DNA of 64,000 nt from Nitrospinota bacterium. GTDB lineage: Bacteria > Nitrospinota > Nitrospinia > Nitrospinales > VA-1. Below, one piece after another: positions 28,623 to 41,052 of this stretch (position 1 is its first letter; the number at the start of each line of letters is the position of its first letter). Position numbers and translations under genes: made by a program. The stretch covers positions 51,232 through 115,231 of the forward strand of contig JAYNIA010000002.1 of NCBI GenBank assembly GCA_038108555.1. Direction: 5' to 3'. Under the pieces are notes generated by a model, which saw nothing but the letters and a program-made list of their open reading frames with translations, was not told the origin of the DNA and did not search any database.

Positions 28623-30022
28623 CCTCCCGCCATCAACCTTTCGATTTCCTTCACACTTTTGGGAATGATACTGGAAAGGTTCAAACAACCCTTCGGGGCC
28701 ATTACCAGATTGTCTTCGATTCGAATCCCTATGGTTTCATCATAGGTTTTTCCATTGAGTCGAATTTTAAAATCCCCATACAACCCCGGTTCGTTGCTGA
28801 TCATCCAACCTGCTTTCATCGGTTGGCTCGCATAATTTCGAAAGGGATCGCCATCGTGTTCCTGCTCTCCCATTAAATGACTGACCCCGTGAGGCCTTTC
28901 TTTATATCTAAGCTTGTACTTTCCTCCTGCCGCGCTAAATTTCTTTTCCAATCCATCATTAACAACCGCCCAGCATATATCATTTAACTCTTCTACCGTT
29001 ATCCCCTCGCGGGCCGCCTTTTCAACCTCCTTCTGGCCTTTAAGCACGATTTCATAAAGCATTTTTTGCATGGGATTGAATTTTCCAGACACAGGAAAAG
29101 TTCTAGTGATATCTGCATGCATCGTCATCCAGCGGACCCCAAAATCAATCAACATCATTTCATCTTTCGAAATCGGATCATCATTTTTCATATAGTGAAG
29201 AATGGTTGCATTGACGCCCGATGCAACTATCGAGGGATAACTGAGACCATAAGGGGACTTCATAAGCATCTTCCCTTCCAAGAACCCCTGAACCTGACAC
29301 TCGTTTTTGAAATCACCGAAATTTTTCAACATGGACTTAAATCCTTCCCCGGTGATTTCCTGAGCTCTTCTGGCATTTTTGATATCATATTTATCCAATG
29401 GCAAACGAAGATCAAAATGGTTCTTCATGATATTCTTCAAAGCTCCCTTGGGCGCCTTCCATTCCCGCAACCAACCTGAGAGCTTCTTTTTGAAATCATA
29501 ATTATGATCGGTGGTTATACTGGTTTGCTTCCCCTTTCGAATCCCTTCATACCAAAAGGTAGCCAAAGATTTTTTCTTATTTTTCAAAAACCTTTCTTTG
29601 AGAACTTCCTTAAATTCTCCAATATCACGCACGTCTTTAATTCCTGTGACGGACTGAACCTCTTTCAAACTGGCCTTATCACCCACACCAAAGCGCACTC
29701 CCTCCCAGAACTCCATGATCCGGTCCTTGCGCCCCACAAACAAAATCTCCTTCGAGACTCTGGATTTGGGATCAAGCAGCAATATGACGTTATTTTGATT
29801 GATGCCGGTTAAATACATTAGCGCCGGCTCCTGATAAGTCGGGCTATGGGAGTAAGCCCACACCGTTTTCCCTCCCGGCCCATAAGGAACGCCAGTTATT
29901 ACCGTCAGGGAGTTTTCTCGCTCCATTAATTTTTTTCTTCTGTCCCGATATCGGCGCTTGGCGTAGGAGCCGGCTCCTCCATCTCGAAATATTCCCGAAT
30001 ATACTTTCTTGCTCGTTTTCAT
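28619..30022 (-). CDS. Xaa-Pro aminopeptidase (M24B)
   Basis: YLTG, LHY, LIDFG, ADITRTFP, HGVSH, EPGLY, GIRIEDN. Confidence 0.88.
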   Translation of the reverse strand: MKTSKKVYSGIFRDGGAGSYAKRRYRDRRKKLMERENSLTVITGVPYGPGGKTVWAYSHSPTYQEPALMYLTGINQNNVILLLDPKSRVSKEILFVGRKDRIMEFWEGVRFGVGDKASLKEVQSVTGIKDVRDIGEFKEVLKERFLKNKKKSLATFWYEGIRKGKQTSITTDHNYDFKKKLSGWLREWKAPKGALKNIMKNHFDLRLPLDKYDIKNARRAQEITGEGFKSMLKNFGDFKNECQVQGFLEGKMLMKSPYGLSYPSIVASGVNATILHYMKNDDPISKDEMMLIDFGVRWMTMHADITRTFPVSGKFNPMQKMLYEIVLKGQKEVEKAAREGITVEELNDICWAVVNDGLEKKFSAAGGKYKLRYKERPHGVSHLMGEQEHDGDPFRNYASQPMKAGWMISNEPGLYGDFKIRLNGKTYDETIGIRIEDNLVMAPKGCLNLSSIIPKSVKEIERLMAGG

Positions 30023-30147
30023 ATGATTAAATTTAAAAATTTTATTTTTAAGTTTTGAGTTGGAAACTTTTTCCTTCTTTCAATATACTACACCAAACAA
30101 TACAGCTTTTAGGACTTTAACTTTTCAATTTAGAGCGACAATAAATA

Positions 30148-30810
30148 ATGTGTGGAAGATACACCCTCACAAAATCTATCAAAGCCATTGAGTCTCATTT
30201 TAAACCGGTTCGGATAAGCCTCAAACATTTCCCCAGTTATAATATTGCGCCGAGTCAAAACTCGGCTGTCATCATCCAGTCTTCGGACCAATTACATTTA
30301 ACAGATATGAAATGGGGATTGGTTCCCTCCTGGTCAAAGGATTCCAAAATGGGAAATAAGCTCATCAATGCCCGTTCAGAAACCATTCACGAAAAACCCA
30401 GCTTCCGTGAATCTTTTAAAAACCGGCGTTGTCTGATTCCGACAGACGGGTTCATTGAATGGAAAGAAAAAAAGCCCCATTACATAAGAATTAAAAATCA
30501 GGCTTTGTTTGCTTTTGCAGGCCTATGGTCCACCTGGGATTCTGGAGACGAACCTCTAAAAACTTTTACTATCGTTACTACCGAGGCTAACAAAACTTTG
30601 TTACCCCTACACTCGCGGATGCCTGTCATCCTCCATCCCGATGATTACCAGAGCTGGTTAACGGGTGAAAGGGATTCTTTATCATCACTTTTTTCCGGCT
30701 CCCTTGAAAACGAGCTGGAATATTTTGAAATATCCACTGGTATCAATTCTCCAAAAAACAATAATGCCAGCCTTTTGAATCCTTCCGGGCAAACCTCTTT
30801 TACTTTTTAA
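30148..30810 (+). CDS. SRAP (YedK/HMCES) abasic-site processing protein
   Basis: MCGRY, WGLVPSW, INARSET, RRCLIP.DGF.EW, HSRMPVIL. Confidence 0.92.
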   Translation: MCGRYTLTKSIKAIESHFKPVRISLKHFPSYNIAPSQNSAVIIQSSDQLHLTDMKWGLVPSWSKDSKMGNKLINARSETIHEKPSFRESFKNRRCLIPTDGFIEWKEKKPHYIRIKNQALFAFAGLWSTWDSGDEPLKTFTIVTTEANKTLLPLHSRMPVILHPDDYQSWLTGERDSLSSLFSGSLENELEYFEISTGINSPKNNNASLLNPSGQTSFTF

Positions 30811-31393
30811 CTAAAATCGCCAACCATTCTTTATCTTTTCTTTGCTCGGCAGAATTTTTTGCCTGCGAAAGCTCGCGTATTTCAAATAAATCTGAAAAAT
30901 AATGCCTGATATCTTCCTGTGTAGTATTGAACGGCGGTCCGCCCTCCTGCCCTGTGTGATAAAACAAACCCGCCAACATTCCTCCTTTTTTTAATGCCCG
31001 GGCCACGGTTAACACATATAAATCTCTTTGAGAGGGGGAAATGGCACAAAAGAAAGTGTGCTCAATTAAAAGGTCGAAGTGGTTATCATGAGCCGTATCC
31101 CATTCAAAAAAGTCCCGATGCAGAACCTGACTGTTTAAATTTCGCTTCTCAATCGCAGCGTTCAAAAGTTCCACCGCACCATTCGAGTAATCGATAGCCG
31201 TAACCTCGAATCCCTTTTCAGCGAGAAAGATAACTTCATGCCCTCTTCCGCATCCTGGAATTAATGTTTTGCCCGGAGCAATGGTTCCCGTTTCAACCAG
31301 ACTCACAAAAGGGGGCGCAACCTGTCCGAGGTCCCAGGCCAAATCGTTCTCATCGTAATGCTTTTGCCAATCTTCCCGGGAATAACCTTCCAT
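30800..31393 (-). CDS. thiopurine S-methyltransferase (TPMT) family methyltransferase
   Basis: WDLG, LIPGCGRGHE, EHTFFCAI, GGPPF. Confidence 0.85.
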   Translation of the reverse strand: MEGYSREDWQKHYDENDLAWDLGQVAPPFVSLVETGTIAPGKTLIPGCGRGHEVIFLAEKGFEVTAIDYSNGAVELLNAAIEKRNLNSQVLHRDFFEWDTAHDNHFDLLIEHTFFCAISPSQRDLYVLTVARALKKGGMLAGLFYHTGQEGGPPFNTTQEDIRHYFSDLFEIRELSQAKNSAEQRKDKEWLAILVKK

Positions 31394-31396
31394 AAT

Positions 31397-32317
31397 TTAT
31401 TTTTTGTAAAATTCCACCAGTTTATCAATCGCTGCCTGACCCATAGCTTCAACAGATTCCACTGTGTTCCCACCAATGTGAGGAGTTACCATCAGGTTGG
31501 GTAGTTTAATAAACTCCCAATCCACCGGGGGTTCCGGGGAAAAGACATCCATGGCCGCGCCTTTAATTTCTCCGGACACCAAGGCCTGATGAAGGTCGGG
31601 ATTATTGACAACAGGCCCACGACTGGTATTCACCAGAAACGCACTCGGCTTCATCGACTTAAAAACTTTCTCGTTGACCAGATCACGTGTCTGTTTGGTA
31701 AGGGGTACATGCAATGTGACGATATCCGATTCTCGGACCAGAGAATTAAAATCCATTTCGGCGGCTCCCTGTTCTTGACAAAACTCGCTTCTATCTTCAA
31801 TATCGTTTATTAGAATTTTGCAGCTAAAGGGTTTTAGTAATTTAACAACCTCTTTGCCAATATTTCCACATCCGACAATTCCAACAGTTTTTTCTGAAAA
31901 ATTTATTCCCCCATCGGGAAGCCATTCTTCGTTCTTCATTTTTACCGCAGAAATAAAAATATTGTGGCAAAGCCCTATCATAAAACTTAGAGCCAACTCG
32001 GCCACCGAGCGCTTGTTCGTCCCCGCGACGGCTCCCAATGTAACCCCACTATTTTTTATGGCTTCCTGATCCAGGTTATCCAGCCCAACTCCATACTTGG
32101 AAATGACCTTCAATTTTGGCAAAGCATCGAGAATTTCCTGGTTAAAAATGTCCCTTCCAATAATGACGGCTTCTGCATCTTTGAGAAAGTCGATCAACTC
32201 CTGACCCGACATGTATCCTTTTTTTTTGCTGAAGACGGTGTCAGGAAAAAGGGCTGAGAGTTTGGATCTGAGGGATTCAGATTTACAAAAGGCGGGAGCG
32301 GTAACGGCAACCTTCAT
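31397..32317 (-). CDS. D-isomer-specific 2-hydroxyacid dehydrogenase (phosphoglycerate dehydrogenase-like)
   Basis: GVGLDN, VAE, GCGNIG, LHVP, NTSRG, TPHIGG. Confidence 0.88.
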   Translation of the reverse strand: MKVAVTAPAFCKSESLRSKLSALFPDTVFSKKKGYMSGQELIDFLKDAEAVIIGRDIFNQEILDALPKLKVISKYGVGLDNLDQEAIKNSGVTLGAVAGTNKRSVAELALSFMIGLCHNIFISAVKMKNEEWLPDGGINFSEKTVGIVGCGNIGKEVVKLLKPFSCKILINDIEDRSEFCQEQGAAEMDFNSLVRESDIVTLHVPLTKQTRDLVNEKVFKSMKPSAFLVNTSRGPVVNNPDLHQALVSGEIKGAAMDVFSPEPPVDWEFIKLPNLMVTPHIGGNTVESVEAMGQAAIDKLVEFYKK

Positions 32318-32321
32318 AGGA

Positions 32322-33557
32322 TCAACCAAATAACTGAGTGAAGATGGAAGCACCAGCGACGTAGGTACCGATCATGGAACCGAAGCTTGAAAAAAAGAAG
32401 ATCAATAACAGCCTAGCCACCCGATTCTTCCACCACATGGAATAATGGGTGATATCTTCACGCAAAGTTTCAAAGTCACTGACCTTTGGTTTTCGCATAT
32501 AGGACTCGACCAATCCCACCACCATTCCTGCACCTATGGTGGGATTCAGGGAAGTCAAAGGTGCAGCAATAAATGCGGCAATTATCGAGACAGGGTGCCC
32601 CAGTGCAATGGCAGTTCCTAATGCTGACAACCCACCATTGAGTATGATCCAGGTAGCAACCAATTGTCCTCCCAGTTCCGGGGACTGTTTGAATCCCACA
32701 TAAAACATACTAAGAACCACAGCACAAATACCCCATCCGATATAGAGTCCCAATTTACTGGGAGGGGGTTTTCTATCCAGTTCTTCCAGATGCGCACTGT
32801 CAGGGGGAGATTCCAGATTCGGCATCATCCCCAGCAGGTGACCGGCACCCACGAGGGCGAGAATTTTTTTAGGAGGATGGTAGGATTCTGAAATCTGCGC
32901 CAACCGGCCCACCATGTACTCATCGCGCTCATCGATCAACACCCGTTTAATTTGCGGCAACTCTTCTCCAAATTCGCTAACAACCGAATGCAACATGTCA
33001 CCGCGTTTCAAATCTTCGATTTGTTCTTCACTAATTTCCTCGCCGACAAAAACACCGGCAATCAATCCTCCGACGATTTTCAATTTCTGCCAGAAAGAAA
33101 CCTCTGTGACCAGCCGGTGTAAGGTGGTGGATATATTTCGGTCGATGACTTCCAGGCGAAGTCCGTTTTCACGGGCCAGTTCTACGGCGCGGATCATTTC
33201 TTTTCCTGCCTCAACCCCGATCCGCTCCGCCAGACGTTTCTGGTAAGCCGTCAGAGCCAGGTTGATTAAAAGCAGTCCCGCTTTCTTTTTTTTGAAGACC
33301 TGATAGATGTCGAGGTTTTTCCACCAGGACTGGTTGGTGATATTTTCAAGACGCGGGGAGCAAAGTTCAACCGCCACACAATCGTATTCACCGGAGGAAA
33401 TATGTTCTTCCACCATATCGACACTCAATTGCGAAACATGCGCGGTCCCAATCAAAGTGACTTCGCTGTTATTGAGCTGAACGGTTTTTACAATATCTTC
33501 CTGGTTTTCCACAAAATTCTTCTCCAACGGGCATTCACCCGAATAGCTAATAATCAA
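32322..33557 (-). CDS. TraB/PrgY (pheromone shutdown) family protein
   Basis: GTAHVS, AVELC, LIDERDEYM, VGAGH, C-terminal TMs; start uncertain. Confidence 0.88.
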   Translation of the reverse strand: MIISYSGECPLEKNFVENQEDIVKTVQLNNSEVTLIGTAHVSQLSVDMVEEHISSGEYDCVAVELCSPRLENITNQSWWKNLDIYQVFKKKKAGLLLINLALTAYQKRLAERIGVEAGKEMIRAVELARENGLRLEVIDRNISTTLHRLVTEVSFWQKLKIVGGLIAGVFVGEEISEEQIEDLKRGDMLHSVVSEFGEELPQIKRVLIDERDEYMVGRLAQISESYHPPKKILALVGAGHLLGMMPNLESPPDSAHLEELDRKPPPSKLGLYIGWGICAVVLSMFYVGFKQSPELGGQLVATWIILNGGLSALGTAIALGHPVSIIAAFIAAPLTSLNPTIGAGMVVGLVESYMRKPKVSDFETLREDITHYSMWWKNRVARLLLIFFFSSFGSMIGTYVAGASIFTQLFG

Positions 33558-33706
33558 ATAAGGATCGATTTTAAATCAGGAATACAAAAAAACGATGGGA
33601 TCAGTCCTTGGAATTCCGGAGTTAATAATTTAACATAAATCATAGCAAATCCCGAACATGTTAAAATTCTTTTGTCATATAGTTCCGACCATTAAACCAA
33701 CCCAAT

Positions 33707-35701
33707 ATGCAGCCTTTCAAACTAAAAGCCGATTACAGTCCGGCGGGGGACCAGCCTCAGGCCATTGAACAACTGGTCAAAGGCTTGGACTCCAGCCCCA
33801 GTTCGCAAACGCTTTTGGGAGTCACGGGATCGGGCAAAACCTACACCATTGCCAATGTCATTCAGCAGGTGCAAAAACCCACTCTGGTCCTTGCACACAA
33901 CAAAACCCTCGCGGCCCAGCTTTATAACGAATTCAAAACCTTTTTCCCTGAAAACGCGGTGGGTTATTTCGTCAGCTACTACGACTACTATCAACCGGAA
34001 GCCTACCTCGCGCAAACGGATACCTATATTGAAAAAGACGCTTCGATCAATGACGAAATCGACAAGATGCGTCACTCGGCCACACATTCTTTATTCGAAC
34101 GACGGGATGTGATCATTGTCGCCAGTGTTTCCTGCATTTATGGATTGGGTTCCCCAGAAGCCTATCATGGGATGTTGTTGTTTTTTGAATCAGGGAAACA
34201 AATGGAACGCGACTACGCCATCTCGAAACTGGTCGAGATCCAATACAAAAGAAACGATATTGATTTTCAGCGCGGCACCTTCCGGGTACGTGGGGATGTC
34301 TTGGAAATCCTCCCGGTTTACGAAAGAAACGAGGCTATTCGCGTCGAATTTTTTGGCGATGAAATCGACCGCATTTCTTCTTTTGATCCTCTCACACGGA
34401 AACCAATTGCCGAGTTGGATCGAATTGCGATTTATCCCGCAAGTCATTATGTGACTCCGCAGGAGCCGTTAAGAATCGGGATGGAAAATATCCGCAAGGA
34501 ATTGATTGAGCGAATCGCCTATTTTGAAGGCCAGAACCAGTTGATTGAAGCGCAACGGATCGACCAAAGGACCTTGTTCGATCTGGAAATGATCAAGGAA
34601 GTCGGTTATTGCCAGGGGATAGAAAATTATTCGCGGCACCTGATGGCGCGACCGGCAGGAGAGCCCGGCCCCACCCTTCTGGATTATTTCCCTGAAGATT
34701 CCCTGTTCATTATCGATGAGAGTCATGTGACGCTTCCCCAACTACGGGGCATGTACAACGGCGATCGGTCCCGTAAGGAAAGTCTCGTGCGCTATGGGTT
34801 TCGTCTTCCATCAGCGTTTGATAATCGTCCACTCAAGTTCGAAGAATTCGAAACGCATGTGCAGGACATCATCTATGTTTCCGCAACACCGGGACCCTAT
34901 GAACTGGAAAAATGCAAAGATCAAGTTGCCGAGTTGATCGCGCGGCCTACGGGACTGGTCGACCCGGAAATTGAAATCAAACCTGTAGCCAGTCAGGTGG
35001 ATGACCTTTACAACCAGATTCGAACCCGGGGAGAAAAAAATCAACGCACCCTGGTCACCACACTGACCAAACGGTTTTCAGAAGACCTTACCGAACATCT
35101 TTCTGAAATAGGGCTCAAGGTCAAATACCTTCATTCCGACATTGTGACTCTTGAAAGAACACAGATCATCCGCGAACTTCGGTTGGGAGAATTCGATGCA
35201 CTCATCGGCATCAACCTGTTGCGGGAGGGATTAGATATCCCCGAAGTTTCCCTGGTCGCCATTCTCGATGCGGATAAGGAAGGGTTTTTAAGGTCAACCA
35301 CCTCCCTCATCCAGACCGCTGGGCGGGCCGCACGGAATGTGGATGGCAAAGTCATATTTTATGCCGATACCATAACCAAATCCATGCAGGAGGCCATGGA
35401 TGAAATGAATCGACGGCGGCAAATCCAACTGGAGTATAACGAGAAAAACAATATCACACCGGCTTCCATTAAAAAATCCATTCAACATGTTGTCGAATAC
35501 AAGGAATCCAACGACCTGGAAATGGCTGTTGCAGAAGAAGAGGAAGAATACGAATCTGGAGTTCCACTACTGGAGCTGATTAGTAAGCTCGAAAAACAAA
35601 TGTTGACGGCAGCCAAAAATCTGGAATTTGAAAAAGCGGCTGAGCTACGAGATCGGATTAAGAAAATGCGGGCGAAGGATTTGAAAATTATCGCAGGATA
35701 A
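33707..35701 (+). CDS. uvrB: excinuclease ABC subunit B
   Basis: [40 protein letters not shown]. Confidence 0.98.
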   Translation: MQPFKLKADYSPAGDQPQAIEQLVKGLDSSPSSQTLLGVTGSGKTYTIANVIQQVQKPTLVLAHNKTLAAQLYNEFKTFFPENAVGYFVSYYDYYQPEAYLAQTDTYIEKDASINDEIDKMRHSATHSLFERRDVIIVASVSCIYGLGSPEAYHGMLLFFESGKQMERDYAISKLVEIQYKRNDIDFQRGTFRVRGDVLEILPVYERNEAIRVEFFGDEIDRISSFDPLTRKPIAELDRIAIYPASHYVTPQEPLRIGMENIRKELIERIAYFEGQNQLIEAQRIDQRTLFDLEMIKEVGYCQGIENYSRHLMARPAGEPGPTLLDYFPEDSLFIIDESHVTLPQLRGMYNGDRSRKESLVRYGFRLPSAFDNRPLKFEEFETHVQDIIYVSATPGPYELEKCKDQVAELIARPTGLVDPEIEIKPVASQVDDLYNQIRTRGEKNQRTLVTTLTKRFSEDLTEHLSEIGLKVKYLHSDIVTLERTQIIRELRLGEFDALIGINLLREGLDIPEVSLVAILDADKEGFLRSTTSLIQTAGRAARNVDGKVIFYADTITKSMQEAMDEMNRRRQIQLEYNEKNNITPASIKKSIQHVVEYKESNDLEMAVAEEEEEYESGVPLLELISKLEKQMLTAAKNLEFEKAAELRDRIKKMRAKDLKIIAG

Positions 35702-35702
35702 C

Positions 35703-36353
35703 TTAGCGCTGTTCATTTCTGCGGTCGACCACCCGCATTTGTATAAACTTATTAATGACTTCTGCGCTTTCGGGAGGTATATCCCGCCACTTGATCCCTG
35801 TCACAAAATGAGAAGTTTCGCTGCGGGGATTTTTGCGCATATTTTTTATATCCGCCGCCTGGTTTTGTATGTTCCCACATTTGGGAACCTCAAAGTTCAA
35901 GGTCAACTGGTTTTCTTTGGTAACCTGTTGCGAGTGAGTGAATAGAATTCCACCTTGGCTGATATCTCGAACAATTCCAGTGCCCTCAAATTTCTGCCCC
36001 CCCATCACATAACTGTAATTGAGAGGAAAGTTGGCCTTGAATCTCTCGTGTTTTCGTAAATTATGGGTATCGAAGGTGCGCGGATATTCAATAATTAACA
36101 GAGTGATGGCCTGAACAAAGGAAAGAATGGAAGTTGATTTGAAGTTTACAAACAGACCTTCCTTTGTAAAATGAATTTGGACTCCGGTCTGTGGCGCAAT
36201 TTTAAAGTCTTCTACCCCAACCTTAGGCACATCAAGGATTATATATTGCCCTTTACGCCATCCCCGAATAGCAACCTGGAAAACCTCACCCCGCACCGTA
36301 ACGGTCACCTTTTGTCCCATTACCAGTGGAAGTTCTTGTTTATTAAATGCCAT
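35703..36353 (-). CDS. PilZ-domain c-di-GMP receptor (YcgR/flagellar brake-like)
   Basis: N-terminal YcgR-like domain, RKHER (RxxxR) and DISQGG (DxSxxG). Confidence 0.85.
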   Translation of the reverse strand: MAFNKQELPLVMGQKVTVTVRGEVFQVAIRGWRKGQYIILDVPKVGVEDFKIAPQTGVQIHFTKEGLFVNFKSTSILSFVQAITLLIIEYPRTFDTHNLRKHERFKANFPLNYSYVMGGQKFEGTGIVRDISQGGILFTHSQQVTKENQLTLNFEVPKCGNIQNQAADIKNMRKNPRSETSHFVTGIKWRDIPPESAEVINKFIQMRVVDRRNEQR

Positions 36354-36586
36354 AATTCATTTTCCGAAATAAAAAAGGTTGCATAAACTTTACGGCAAGA
36401 ATTACCAAAAATTAATGGGACTCAATCCCAAAAATAAGAGGGATAGGGTCCCGAAAAATTCAAAATTCTTTACCGGTTTAGTTCTATTTACTTGGTTGAG
36501 GGGATAAAGTACTGAATTTTGAGCCTTTGTTCAAGAAAAAACATCAAAGATTGGGTTTCCCCATCCTTGAACTTTCAAAATTCGGG

Positions 36587-38431
36587 TTATGCAGCAGGTT
36601 TGGGAGGATATAACTCGAAGTATTTTTTAAATACCTTTTGCGCAATGGGTGCCGCGGTAGCCCCGCCATGGCCCCCATGCTCAATTAAGACTGCCACGGC
36701 GATTTCCGGTTTTTCATAAGGGGCAAACGCAACGAACCAGGCATGGTCTCTATATTTATAGGGAATCTCCTCTTCCGGGTCCAATTCTTCATTGGATTTC
36801 ATTCGAACCACCTGGACCGTTCCCGTTTTGCCTGAAACCACTATATCCTTAAGTCGGGATCTTTTTCCGGTTCCTCTGGGTCCATTGACAACACCTCGCA
36901 ATGCTTCCCGTATAACCTCTAAACTCTTGGAATCACCTTTAATTTTTCCTTTTATTTGGGGGAAATACTCCCGAATAATTTTTCCGCCCGGCTCTTCAAT
37001 TCTTTTTACCAGATAAGGTTTTAGAAGCATGCCTCCGTTCGCAACTGCAGCTATCATATTTGCCTGTTGCAATGGAGTGACCAGGTTATAGCCCTGTCCG
37101 ATGGAGGCGGAAATAGTTTCCCCCAATAACCAGGGTTGATTTCGGTTTTTAAGTTTCCATTGTGTACTGGGAACTAGGCCTCTTTTTTCCCGACTCAAAC
37201 CCAATCCTGTCGGCAATCCTAAACCAAATTTTTTTGCATAATGCGCCAGAGTATTAATTCCAAGGCGATGACCCACGGTATAGAAAAACACATCACAAGA
37301 TTGTACAAGTGCATCATGCAAATTAACCTTTCCATGTCCCCTCTTTTTCCAACACCGATAACGTCCCCGTCCCAACTTGAAATGTCCAGGGCAGTAGATC
37401 GTCGTTTCCGGATCTATCACCCCCTCTTCCAGGGCGGCATAGGCCACGGCAATTTTATAAGTAGAACCTGGTGGATATTGGCTATGGATGGAACGATTTT
37501 GCAGAGGATGCATTTCATCCCGAATCAGTTTTTGCCAGTTTTCCGGCGTTATTCCCGCTGCAAATTCATTCGGGTCAAAGGAAGGTTTACTTGTTATGGC
37601 CAAAATTTCTCCTGTTTGCACTTTCATCACAACAACCGACCCGTTCATTATTTTTTCAGGAGTACTGACCATGGCTTTTTCCAATTCCTCCTGAACCCGA
37701 ACATCCAGGGTAAGAACCAGATTATTCCCACTTTCGGAAGGGAGCTTGCGAAGAGTTTTCAACTCCCGCCCTGAAACATCGGCTTCTACTTCCTTGTATC
37801 CTTTCTTTCCCCTTAAGGTAGATTCAAATACATTTTCCAAACCACTTTTTCCTACGAAATCTCCCTGACTGTAAAATGAAGATTCTGATTTCTTAAGCTT
37901 TGACTTGGAAATCTCTCCCAAATAACCCAGAGTGTGTGACATCAAATGTTTATAAACATAATTCCTGAGTGGCTCGGCTTTAATTTTGATTCCGGGAAGA
38001 CGCATATAGTTTTCTTCTACAAATGCGACCTCTTCACGGGAGATATCCGCTTTTATCAATACATCTTTAAAAGATTTCTCCCTTTTAATTTTTGTTTTTA
38101 ATTTTTTTCGCTCAAAGCTTATTTTCTTTTCAAGAAAATTTAGGGAAGAATCAGGATTGCCGGCGTCTTCAGGAGTTATATAGAGATTAAAAGAAGGGCG
38201 TATGCTGACGAGGGTTTCTCCGTTTCTATCTTTAATCGTTCCCCGATAAGCTGGAAGACTGACCATGCGTACCCGGTTGTTTTCTGAAAGACCCGTCAAG
38301 TACTGCCATTTTAAAATTTGCAGGTACCAAATTCGCATGGACAAACAAAGGAAGGCAACAATGATCAGAATCGCAAAAATACGAATCTTTTTTTTAATTG
38401 CATCACTGGTTTCTGTGCCGTAACGAAACAT
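36587..38431 (-). CDS. mrdA: penicillin-binding protein 2
   Basis: YPPGSTYK, SCD, KTG motifs; follows mreBCD. Confidence 0.95.
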   Translation of the reverse strand: MFRYGTETSDAIKKKIRIFAILIIVAFLCLSMRIWYLQILKWQYLTGLSENNRVRMVSLPAYRGTIKDRNGETLVSIRPSFNLYITPEDAGNPDSSLNFLEKKISFERKKLKTKIKREKSFKDVLIKADISREEVAFVEENYMRLPGIKIKAEPLRNYVYKHLMSHTLGYLGEISKSKLKKSESSFYSQGDFVGKSGLENVFESTLRGKKGYKEVEADVSGRELKTLRKLPSESGNNLVLTLDVRVQEELEKAMVSTPEKIMNGSVVVMKVQTGEILAITSKPSFDPNEFAAGITPENWQKLIRDEMHPLQNRSIHSQYPPGSTYKIAVAYAALEEGVIDPETTIYCPGHFKLGRGRYRCWKKRGHGKVNLHDALVQSCDVFFYTVGHRLGINTLAHYAKKFGLGLPTGLGLSREKRGLVPSTQWKLKNRNQPWLLGETISASIGQGYNLVTPLQQANMIAAVANGGMLLKPYLVKRIEEPGGKIIREYFPQIKGKIKGDSKSLEVIREALRGVVNGPRGTGKRSRLKDIVVSGKTGTVQVVRMKSNEELDPEEEIPYKYRDHAWFVAFAPYEKPEIAVAVLIEHGGHGGATAAPIAQKVFKKYFELYPPKPAA

Positions 38432-38433
38432 AA

Positions 38434-38952
38434 TTATTTGAACCGGGCCATATAGGGATCAGAAGTTTTGAATTTTAACCAGCTATCAAAGCGATTCAAC
38501 GCAACAAATAAAACAGGACCAATGATTCCATTATAAAAACTATAGGTCGGCAATGATTGATACAGGAAACGGGTTGCTACTTCCCCTTTTAAGACCGTGT
38601 TCATGGAGAAATAAAACACAAGGCCATCAAACAAAGAGGATATGACCAGAAAAAAGGCCACGGGAATAACTCCCTCAACATAAAATTTACCTTTTAGGGT
38701 GGAAAAAAACCAGCCAATAAAACTTTTAGATAAGGTATTGACCCCCAGCAATCCGCCGGAAAGGCTATCCTGCAATATTCCCGTCACAATTCCCGATCCC
38801 AGTCCCATGGCTCTTGAGCAATGCACCCCACAATATACAACCCAGATTAAAGTCAGGTCGGGAACCACTCCACCGACAGAAAAAAGACTCAACCATGTGG
38901 TTTGAATAGAAAATAAAAGAATGACTATTACAATTTGCGCTATGAAATACAT
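38434..38952 (-). CDS. mreD: rod shape-determining protein MreD
   Basis: PDL, GILQDSLSG; position in operon. Confidence 0.88.
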   Translation of the reverse strand: MYFIAQIVIVILLFSIQTTWLSLFSVGGVVPDLTLIWVVYCGVHCSRAMGLGSGIVTGILQDSLSGGLLGVNTLSKSFIGWFFSTLKGKFYVEGVIPVAFFLVISSLFDGLVFYFSMNTVLKGEVATRFLYQSLPTYSFYNGIIGPVLFVALNRFDSWLKFKTSDPYMARFK

Positions 38953-38960
38953 GTTATGAG

Positions 38961-39776
38961 TTAAGAAAGGAAGACAAGGACTTCTTCCAACTTGGATAAA
39001 TCAGAACTTGGGGTAAGGGTAATTTCCTGGAACAATCCCTGCTTTTTTTTAACCACTTTTGAAACCGTTCCCACAAACAATCCTTTAGGGAATATACCTC
39101 CCAATCCGGAGGATAAAACGCGGTCTCCCACTTTTATGTCAGCAGTATTCGGCACGTATTTAATTTGACATTGTTCCTCACCGGTTCCAACCACAACACC
39201 CGATACCCGGCTTTCCTGGAAAAGAGCATCTACTGCGCTACGCGAATCAATGGTCAGCAAAACTTTAGAGGTGGTTAATCCGGCATGGATAATTTGACCA
39301 ATGACCCCGGAGTTTGTTACCACAGCGAGATGTTTTTTAATCCCATGCTGAGACCCTTTGTCGATCACCACCACTTTGGACCATTGGGTTGCGTCCCTTC
39401 CAATAACCGAAGCAACCAGAGATTCCTTTTTGCGATCATCCTGGTATGCCACAAGCCCGGCAACTCTTTTTTGTCGGGCAATTTTTTCAATCAATTCATT
39501 CTTCTCATTGATGAGCCGTTCTACTTCTGATTTAAGCCGTTCATTTTCCTTGGATACATTAACCAGATCAAAATAATGATCGACACCATCAGAAACAGAT
39601 TGGACCGTACTTGTAAACAGGTTTTGAAATGGGGAAAGAATGAGACCCGCTATTGAGTCGAGGAAGGACATTCCCTGTTCCTGCTTGGCTGTGATACTCA
39701 TTAAAGCCAGCGAAAACAGCAAAATGGAAAAAACGAGAATTATATTTCTTTTTCCTTTGGGTCCCTTGTTGGGCAC
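38961..39776 (-). CDS. mreC: rod shape-determining protein MreC
   Basis: Coiled coil, IDKGS..GI, SGLGGIFPKGL.VG. Confidence 0.93.
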   Translation of the reverse strand: MPNKGPKGKRNIILVFSILLFSLALMSITAKQEQGMSFLDSIAGLILSPFQNLFTSTVQSVSDGVDHYFDLVNVSKENERLKSEVERLINEKNELIEKIARQKRVAGLVAYQDDRKKESLVASVIGRDATQWSKVVVIDKGSQHGIKKHLAVVTNSGVIGQIIHAGLTTSKVLLTIDSRSAVDALFQESRVSGVVVGTGEEQCQIKYVPNTADIKVGDRVLSSGLGGIFPKGLFVGTVSKVVKKKQGLFQEITLTPSSDLSKLEEVLVFLS

Positions 39777-39778
39777 TG

Positions 39779-40801
<1,023 letters not shown>

Positions 40802-41052
40802 TCAGGCAACCTTTTTTAATTATGGCAAGTTTATGTAACTAATTGTTTTTTCTCAACTTAATTTATAACAAGGGGTTGCAAGAATTGCAAGACAAAAGCC
40901 TCTCTGTTTGGGCAGGAGTGGAATATTTTGGCCCTTGATAAACTCTTAAACTTTCATCCTATTCCAACTGAAAGGACGTATTTCACCTTGCGATTCTCTT
41001 TGGCCTTTTATAGTATAGAGGGCTTTATTAACGCACATGTCCGGGAAGGTTT

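Noticed and set aside
36354..36586. Absence of rodA after mrdA
   Set aside because: rodA is often encoded elsewhere; cannot be judged from this window
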